DNA from: Eubacteriales bacterium
GTDB taxonomy: Bacteria; Bacillota; Clostridia; Oscillospirales; CAG-272
Reading direction: 5' to 3'
Assembly: GCA_045651985.1 (NCBI GenBank)
Contig: JAZRTK010000026.1
Span: 102,705-166,704 of the forward strand
DNA length: 64,000 bases
The position numbers and the translations under genes are program-made. The notes under the pieces are model-generated. The model saw nothing but the letters and a program-made list of their open reading frames with translations, made no database searches and had not been told where the DNA came from. The first letter of the stretch is position 1. The number at the start of each line of letters is the position of its first letter. Of the stretch, positions 57,845 to 64,000 are shown piece by piece.

Positions 57845-59008
57845 TTACAAGGTTTTTATGAACGCTTCTATGCGCTCAAGTGCCGAGTCGATATGCTTGA
57901 TCGAATAAGCGTAGGAGATTCGCGCAAAGCCCTCGCCGTCCTCGCCGAAAGCCGTGCCAGGAACGATGGCGCAGCGAAAGTCGGAGAGAAGCTTTTGGCA
58001 GAAATCTTCGCTTGAAAGCCCGAACTTGCCCACGTTGGGGTACGCGTAGAACGCGCCTTCAGGCTCAAAGCATTCGATTCCCATGTCTCGGAAATTGGAG
58101 AGCAGATAACGGCGGCGACGGTCGTATTCGTCCTTCATGCGCTCAATATCCTCGTCGCCATTCTTTACGGCTTCAATTGCCGCAAATTGGCTTGTAGTCG
58201 GCGCGCACATAATGCAATATTGGTGGATTTTCAGAATCTGCTCAAATATTTCATGAGGCGCGGCAATATAACCCATTCGCCAGCCTGTCATAGCGTAAGC
58301 CTTGGAAAATCCCGAAGCGATAATAGAGCGCTCGCGCATATCTGGCAGAGTAGCAATAGACGTGTGTCGGCGGCCGAAGGTCAGCTCCGAGTAGATCTCG
58401 TCGGAAAGAATGACGATGTCGGTGTCGCGGACGATGTCAGCGATATCTTCAAGCTCCTCGCGTGTCATGATCGCGCCCGTTGGGTTGTTGGGGTACGCCA
58501 AAACGATCATTTTCGTTTTTGGGGTTATGGCTTTTTTGAGCATTTCGGGATTGACCTTGAATTTATCCTCGTATCGTGTCTCAAGTGTCACGGGAACACC
58601 GCCAACCAGACGCACGATAGGATCGTAGCAAACAAAGCAGGGGGTAGGTATAATGACCTCGTCGCCGGGGGTGACACAGGCACGGATAGCCAGGTCGATA
58701 GCCTCGGAGCCACCCACTGTCACAAGCACCTCGTCGGCGCTGTATTTCAGTTCAAAGCGGCGTCGGAGGTATTTGGAGATCTCATTTCGCAGCTCGTAAA
58801 TGCCCGCGTTTGAGGTGTAATAGGTCTTTCCCGCCTGAAGACTCTCGATAGCCGCCTCGCGAATGTGCCAAGGGGTGACGAAGTCGGGCTGACCTACGGT
58901 CAGACCCACCACGTCCTGCATAGAGTCAAGCAGGTCGAAGAATTTTCTTATCCCCGAAGGCTTCAAACCCGTTGCCACGGGAGATAAGACCTTTTGATAG
59001 TCTATCAT
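57845..59008 (-). CDS. pyridoxal-phosphate-dependent aminotransferase (class I)
   Basis: NPTG and [16 protein letters not shown] (PLP lysine), 387 aa. Confidence 0.9.
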   Translation of the reverse strand: MIDYQKVLSPVATGLKPSGIRKFFDLLDSMQDVVGLTVGQPDFVTPWHIREAAIESLQAGKTYYTSNAGIYELRNEISKYLRRRFELKYSADEVLVTVGGSEAIDLAIRACVTPGDEVIIPTPCFVCYDPIVRLVGGVPVTLETRYEDKFKVNPEMLKKAITPKTKMIVLAYPNNPTGAIMTREELEDIADIVRDTDIVILSDEIYSELTFGRRHTSIATLPDMRERSIIASGFSKAYAMTGWRMGYIAAPHEIFEQILKIHQYCIMCAPTTSQFAAIEAVKNGDEDIERMKDEYDRRRRYLLSNFRDMGIECFEPEGAFYAYPNVGKFGLSSEDFCQKLLSDFRCAIVPGTAFGEDGEGFARISYAYSIKHIDSALERIEAFIKTL

Positions 59009-59481
59009 AAGCAGTTTCCTCGTTCGTCCTTTACAGCAGGGCCGTATGTAATGCCCTTGTCCTTGTACGTGCGGAGCACGAAATGGGTGGAGCAGGACTG
59101 AACGTCCTCAATAGTGGAGAGCTTGTGCGTAACGAAATAGGCAATATCGCGTATCGTTCTGCCCTCGATGATGACTGCAAGGTCGTAGACTCCGCTCATA
59201 AGGTACAGAGAGCGCACCTCGGGATAGCTTGAAAGCTTTTCCGCCACCTTGTCAAAGCCGAAATCGTGCTTGGGAGTGATCTTGACCTCAATGATCGCGT
59301 TTACGAACTCGCGGTCTGTCTTGTCCCAGTCGATAATGGTCTTGTACGCAAGGATAACGCCCTCGTTTTCGTATTTTTCGATAGCCGCCTTAACGTCTGC
59401 CTCGGTCATTTCAAGCATTGCCGCCAGCTGTTTTGGCGTATATGTTGCGTTCTCGTCAAGAAGCTGTAATAATTTATCCAT
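59005..59481 (-). CDS. Lrp/AsnC family transcriptional regulator
   Basis: N-terminal HTH plus a RAM domain. It overlaps the aminotransferase start by 4 nt. Confidence 0.85.
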   Translation of the reverse strand: MDKLLQLLDENATYTPKQLAAMLEMTEADVKAAIEKYENEGVILAYKTIIDWDKTDREFVNAIIEVKITPKHDFGFDKVAEKLSSYPEVRSLYLMSGVYDLAVIIEGRTIRDIAYFVTHKLSTIEDVQSCSTHFVLRTYKDKGITYGPAVKDERGNCL

Positions 59482-59486
59482 ATGAG

Positions 59487-61106
59487 TTATTGTCCTTTCT
59501 GTTTCAGATTTTTTATGATGCTGTCGTAGGTCAGACCGTACTTTTGGGCGATGTCGCGGGCGTAGCTCTTTCCGTCGGGCTTGGCGCGGACGATCTTAAA
59601 TGAGCGCTTGCCTTCCTCGATTCCCGCAACCAAGGTGTCGATACGTGAGCCCCCGTCCTTTTCCACCTGCTCGTTGATCGAATCAATGGCGCTTGCCAGC
59701 TCGTGAAGGTGGGTTGAAAAAAGACAGCGGCAGCCAACCCGTGAAAGTCCGCGCAAAACCTCGGCGGCGATGTAGGACGCCTCGTAGGAGCCCGTGGACG
59801 AGAGAGACTCGTCGAGGAGCACCAGACTGCGCTCTGTAATCTTCTCAAAGATCGCGGTCAGTCTCGCGCACTCCTCGCCAAGACGCCCCTTGTCTATGGT
59901 GTCGTCGGAGCCTGTGGGGAAGTGGGTGTAGATAGCATCGGCGGGGCTGATGGTTGCCTTCTCTGCAGGCACGAACATACCCAGCTGCATCATGACCTGA
60001 GCTAAACCTACGGCGCAGGTGATGACCGATTTTCCGCCGCGGTTAGGTCCCGTGAGGACGAAAATTGAATACTCGCCGTCAAAGGCAACGTCGTTTGGAA
60101 CTATCTCGTCGTCAATTTTCAGGGCAACGCACGGGTTGTAAAGACCGTCCGCCATGAAAAGACGAGAGCCGTCGGGGGCAATTTCGGGTGTGCAGAGCGG
60201 ACAGCCGCGGTCTTTTAATTCGCGCATCATAGACGTTGCGCGGGAGACGAACTCGATCTCGGGCATGAGGTTGAGCAGGAAATCGGTGTTTTCCAAAACG
60301 TAGGACTGTACGATGCGCTTCCATGAGCGCAGAGACGCCTTGTAAACGTCGTTTATAGCGGAGTTGAACGCCAGAGAAAGGGCGGTCTTTTGGGTGTCCG
60401 ACTGCTTTTTGCCAAACGGTACGATGTTCGCTATACATGTGTACCCGTCGTCCTTGAAGTTGAGACGCAGGATCTTTTCCAGCACATCCCCCGATCTGAA
60501 GGGCTCGGGGTTTATGGAAAGAACTCCTGCCTCGGTGGCGCGGAGCTGCGCGTCAAGATTGACGCCGATAGTCACGGATCGAATTTCACGCACACGCGCG
60601 GTGAGCTCGGAAAGTTTTTTGTTCAGTTCCTTGTAATAATCGCTCTCGGAGAGCTCGGCAATTTTGTCCGCCAAAGTCTTGAACGCCGCGCTTTTCAGCT
60701 TTTCACGCACGGGAAGCAGACCGCGTGAAAGCACGTCGATGCTTGAGATGTAAAGCTCGATCTCGGTCATGCACATGAGATAATCCTCGGTATTACCGCT
60801 GTCCGATTCGAGACGGCGAAGCTCGCCTATGTCCGAAAGGACGGGAATGAGGGAGTTGAGAGTCTTTGAAAGGGACTCACATTCAAGCATATCCTCAAAC
60901 ATCTCCCGACGGTATTTCATGACCGCGGGGTCGCTTGTGAGATATTCGTTTATATCGCTGCTTCGAAGATCGAGAATTTCCAGCAGACCAAGCTGCTCCA
61001 GCTCGTAAAGTGATATATCCGGGGTGTCGCTTCCCGCATAGTGGGCGGCGGCAGACTCGGGCGAGGGATAGAGCAGGCTGAAATTTGTAAGATCGTTCAT
61101 TTTCAT
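59487..61106 (-). CDS. MutS-family ATPase paralog lacking the mismatch-binding domain and Smr
   Basis: Walker A GPNRGGKS, Walker B LVLLDE and STHLHELA. The N-terminus has no MutS domain I motifs. Confidence 0.8.
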   Translation of the reverse strand: MKMNDLTNFSLLYPSPESAAAHYAGSDTPDISLYELEQLGLLEILDLRSSDINEYLTSDPAVMKYRREMFEDMLECESLSKTLNSLIPVLSDIGELRRLESDSGNTEDYLMCMTEIELYISSIDVLSRGLLPVREKLKSAAFKTLADKIAELSESDYYKELNKKLSELTARVREIRSVTIGVNLDAQLRATEAGVLSINPEPFRSGDVLEKILRLNFKDDGYTCIANIVPFGKKQSDTQKTALSLAFNSAINDVYKASLRSWKRIVQSYVLENTDFLLNLMPEIEFVSRATSMMRELKDRGCPLCTPEIAPDGSRLFMADGLYNPCVALKIDDEIVPNDVAFDGEYSIFVLTGPNRGGKSVITCAVGLAQVMMQLGMFVPAEKATISPADAIYTHFPTGSDDTIDKGRLGEECARLTAIFEKITERSLVLLDESLSSTGSYEASYIAAEVLRGLSRVGCRCLFSTHLHELASAIDSINEQVEKDGGSRIDTLVAGIEEGKRSFKIVRAKPDGKSYARDIAQKYGLTYDSIIKNLKQKGQ

Positions 61107-61271
61107 CACCTTTCCTTGTGACTTTTGGGGGAAACACTTATAGTTCTTATCATTATAACACACGTATATAAAATTTGCAATAATTTTCACAAAATTTGAG
61201 CACTCGACTTGATTTTACGCCCCTTGGAGGCTATAATTAAGGTAATAATTTTCGTAAAGGGGATTTTACGA

Positions 61272-62357
61272 ATGAATCTTGATATTTTTGAGCTTTGCAG
61301 TAAGATAGACTTCACGGCTCTGCAGGAAAACCGCCCCATGACCAATATAGCCCAAATTTTGCTTTCGGGCGAGGGTTACGTGCGGACCGCTGTGCGACAC
61401 GCGGGCGTAGAGGAAAAATATATTACGGGGAACGGCTCGGATTTTGAAAAATTCCGTGAGCTTTGCCGTGTTTATCCCTTTTTTGAGGGCAACGTGGCGC
61501 AATACGTTTGCCGCGCTATACTTAGCATGATTTTTGGGATAAAAGAGGCGCTTTCCGTCAATAACTGTGAGAGGATCTGGACGGAAACCGCGGAGCTTCT
61601 TGTAAAAAAACCGCTTGCTCCCGCCGACCTTTTGAAACGTTTCGGCGTGAATAAATTAGGCGTGCTGACCCATATCTCTTGTGCTCTTCCGCCCTTTGAA
61701 CAGCTTGATATGACAGCATTTCCCGTTCTTTGCCCCGACTCGGTATTTTCGGTTGGCAAGAGAGGGTATAAGAAGAAATTCACGGCGCTGGAAAAGGCTT
61801 TCGGGGAGAGTATTTCTTGCATTTCTGCCTTTGACGCTGCGCTTATTCACATGACCGAGAGATTCACCCAAAAAGGCTGTAACTTCGCGGTCGTGAGCGG
61901 GCTCTGCGCCGAGGATTTCGGCAAGAGCGACTATTTCCACGCCCAAAACGCGTTGACGCGTGCGATTGCCACAGACGGCAATATTTCTGCCGAAGAGGCG
62001 CGGGATTTCCGACGTTACGCTATCGGCAAATTTCTTGAAAACTGCCGTGAAAAGAAAATAGACGTTCTGCTGGAATTTTCTGCGCCCGAGTTTGAAATTC
62101 TGCCCGATATCAAGGTTGGATCCTCTGTCGAGCGACGGATTTGGCTGAATTTTTCGGAAAATGAGACCCCCTTGGCAAAAGAAGGGTTTATTGACCTTCG
62201 GGAGGACCTGCAGGAGCAGTTTTCCGCTTATTCAAAACGCTTTGCTATCGGCAATCTCCCGCCATTTTTTGTCGGAAGCGCCAACCTGTGTGAGCTTTGC
62301 TTGCATGAATTTTACCGTTCCGAGCTTCAAAGGTACGCAAAAAAAGATGAAAAATAA
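61272..62357 (+). CDS. glucuronate-isomerase (UxaC)-like protein, truncated and lacking the N-terminal HxH motif
   Basis: GVEEKYITGNGSDFEKF...GNVAQYVCRAILSMIFGI...NCERIWTETAELL parallels UxaC GVAERLCTGDASDREKF...GNPLYHWTHLELRRPFGI...TADEIWNECNELL. KIDFTAL stands where UxaC has DYHCHL. Confidence 0.55.
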   Translation: MNLDIFELCSKIDFTALQENRPMTNIAQILLSGEGYVRTAVRHAGVEEKYITGNGSDFEKFRELCRVYPFFEGNVAQYVCRAILSMIFGIKEALSVNNCERIWTETAELLVKKPLAPADLLKRFGVNKLGVLTHISCALPPFEQLDMTAFPVLCPDSVFSVGKRGYKKKFTALEKAFGESISCISAFDAALIHMTERFTQKGCNFAVVSGLCAEDFGKSDYFHAQNALTRAIATDGNISAEEARDFRRYAIGKFLENCREKKIDVLLEFSAPEFEILPDIKVGSSVERRIWLNFSENETPLAKEGFIDLREDLQEQFSAYSKRFAIGNLPPFFVGSANLCELCLHEFYRSELQRYAKKDEK

Positions 62358-63252
62358 ACTTTGCACTTTATGTCCCCGCGCCTGCGCGGTGGACCGCGCG
62401 GAAAAACTCGGCTACTGCGGCGCCCCTGCCGAAATTATGGTTGCGCGCGCGGCGCTTCACATGTGGGAGGAACCGCCCGTAAGCGGCTCGCGCGGGTCGG
62501 GAACCATATTTTTTGCGGGCTGCAATATGGGCTGCGTTTTCTGTCAGAACCGTGAGATCTCCCGACCGAAAACCAAAGTCGGACGAGCCTTTGACGCCGA
62601 CGGACTGTGGAACATCATGGCCTCTTTGCGAGACAAAGGCGCGCATAATATCAATCTTGTGACACCTACACATTATGCTGACGTTATTTCGCGGGTTTTG
62701 GCTGCGCACAAGAGTGAGCTGGGTATTCCCGTGGTCTACAATTGCGGCGGATACGAGAGCGTGGAAACTTTACGCACACTTGATGGGCTGATCGATATTT
62801 ATCTGCCTGATTTTAAGTATTTTTCTTGTGAGCTTGCAAAAAAATATTCCAACGCGCCCGATTATATGCAGGCGGCGACCGCAGCTCTTGACGAGATGCT
62901 TCGTCAGCAGAGCAGGTGCGTTTTTGACGTGGACGGCATTCTGCAAAGCGGCGTTATCGTCCGCCATCTGGTGCTGCCCGGCTGCCGCCGCGATTCGATT
63001 GAGGTTTTGAAGAAAATTGCGGATATTCGCGGTGACAGGGACATGAGAATCAGCCTCATGCGTCAGTTCACCCCCGACTTTTTGCCCGATGGCGGTGAGT
63101 TTTCGTCTTTGCGCCGAAGGCTTACGAGCTTTGAGTACGAAAGCGTCTTAAAGGTTGCCGACGAGCTTGGGTTTGAGGGATTTTCTCAGGGCGCAGATTC
63201 AGCCACGGCTGATTTTACACCGAATTTTTCCGAATTTTTTATAGAAAACTGA
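62347..63252 (+). CDS. radical SAM protein (PflX / COG1313-like activase family)
   Basis: CNMGCVFCQN CxxxCxxC motif and an N-terminal CxxC..C cluster. The start overlaps the upstream stop by 11 nt. Confidence 0.85.
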   Translation: MKNKLCTLCPRACAVDRAEKLGYCGAPAEIMVARAALHMWEEPPVSGSRGSGTIFFAGCNMGCVFCQNREISRPKTKVGRAFDADGLWNIMASLRDKGAHNINLVTPTHYADVISRVLAAHKSELGIPVVYNCGGYESVETLRTLDGLIDIYLPDFKYFSCELAKKYSNAPDYMQAATAALDEMLRQQSRCVFDVDGILQSGVIVRHLVLPGCRRDSIEVLKKIADIRGDRDMRISLMRQFTPDFLPDGGEFSSLRRRLTSFEYESVLKVADELGFEGFSQGADSATADFTPNFSEFFIEN

Positions 63253-63354
63253 ATAAACCCCGATTCTGTGTGCCAAAATAAAGGCGAAGAAACAAATACA
63301 TCTTCACCGAAAGGTAAAAAAACGTGCCGCCGCGGCGGCAGAATGGAGTTTATT

Positions 63355-63570
63355 ATGGTATTAATGGACAGAATTTGCCTGGCGCTGAGCATTATCGGCG
63401 GCCCCAACTGGGGAAGCATCGGACTTTTCAAGTTTGACCTTGTCGCTTGGATCTTTGGCGGTCAGACCTCTCTTTGGTCGAGAATTATTTACACGGTCGT
63501 CGGCCTTGCTTCCGTGTGGTGCATTTCTCTGCTTTTCAGAGACACTGAGGAGCTTGGCGAGAGAAGATAA
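63355..63570 (+). CDS. DUF378 membrane protein
   Basis: ALSIIGGPNWGSIGLFKFDLVAWIFGG motif. The ATG lies 6 nt after GGAG. The start is uncertain, with in-frame alternatives at 63343 and 63364. Confidence 0.7.
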   Translation: MVLMDRICLALSIIGGPNWGSIGLFKFDLVAWIFGGQTSLWSRIIYTVVGLASVWCISLLFRDTEELGERR

Positions 63571-63577
63571 TATGTTT

Positions 63578-63687
63578 GGGGGACTTTTTTCAAAAAAGTC
63601 CCCCATGCCCTTCCGGCTACCTTATAAAAGGTCGTCGGCCCCACCAAACCAAAACGAGGAAACGATGGCTGAACACCATCGTTTTTT
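63578..63687 (+). repeat. intergenic repeat family copy C (perfect 13-bp palindrome, CCAAACC arm, terminator core)
   Basis: GGGGGACTTTTTT-c-AAAAAAGTCCCCC, then CCTTATAAAAGGTCGTCGGCCCCACCAAACCAAAA, then AAACGATGGCtgaacACCATCGTTTTTT. The hairpin is nearly identical to that of copy A. Confidence 0.75.
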
Positions 63688-63735
63688 GTTTGAACGGCAC
63701 GCAAGCGCCATGTTTTGGAATTTTTAAAAAAACAC

Positions 63736-63764
63736 TTGAAAAATTTATAAATATCTGTTATAAT
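63736..63764 (+). promoter_or_regulatory. sigma-A promoter of the SRP RNA gene
   Basis: TTGAAA (63736-63741), 17-nt spacer, TATAAT (63759-63764). Confidence 0.6.
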
Positions 63765-63770
63765 ATTGTA

Positions 63771-64000
63771 GTTTCAAAAGGCTGTGAAATAAGGCCATAC
63801 TATCCGGGGCGGTAGCGGAGCCCTGTACCTGAAATCCGCTATAGCAGGGGCGAATTCCTTTTTTGAGGGTTGATCTTGGTGAGAATTCTGCACTTTTCCC
63901 TGTGTTGAGAAGTGGGTCTTGCGCAATCGGGAGCTGTGAACCATGTCAGGTGGGGAACCAAGCAGCATTAAGCAGTGTACCCGGTGTGCCGCGAGGTCGC
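63771..64000 (+). ncRNA. ffs: signal recognition particle RNA, long Bacillus/Clostridium type with Alu domain (3' end beyond window)
   Basis: GGGGCGGTAGCGGAGCCCTGTACCTGAAATCCGCTATAGCAGGGGCGAATTCC and GGGTCTTGCGCAATCGGGAGCTGTGAACCATGTCAGGTGGGGAACCAAGCAGCATTAAGCAG closely parallel B. subtilis scRNA as I recall it. Confidence 0.9.

Overview
The window looks like a chromosomal segment of a moderately GC-rich, spore-forming Firmicute of the class Clostridia. Supporting markers are spoIIR, hprK, a MecA-like adaptor, a T-box leader, a Bacillus-type long SRP RNA, and TTGACA-17-TATAAT promoters. All family names come from reading motifs by eye, because no database search could be run. The region is densely coding and mostly housekeeping: recG, alr, pfkA, trpS, uppP, dusB, mrnC, ppiB, a ParE/GyrB-family gene, several ABC transporters and a maltodextrin-type sugar ABC operon. 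I saw no rRNA, tRNA, CRISPR array, transposase or integrase. RNA elements I can support are a T-box leader upstream of a COG2984-type ABC importer, a cobalamin riboswitch upstream of a DUF4430 lipoprotein and a membrane S-component, and a 3'-truncated SRP RNA at the window end. The candidates most worth follow-up are listed below. (1) A composite, MITE-like intergenic repeat family built around a near-identical terminator hairpin, present in at least 7 copies. (2) An HprK-like P-loop protein plus PqqD/RRE pair, followed by an SGNH-like protein whose catalytic residues appear substituted, with no RiPP maturase or precursor in sight. (3) A structured leader of about 210 nt with two terminator-like hairpins upstream of a 62-aa Cys-rich ORF. 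(4) A 271-aa protein that is very Cys-rich and has no signal peptide. (5) A truncated UxaC-like protein lacking the HxH motif, overlapping a PflX-type radical SAM gene. (6) An LCP, sortase B, surface protein and TagO locus whose substrate carries a non-canonical SPETN sorting signal. (7) A small SLOG/DUF2493 plus ribbon-helix-helix divergent pair.
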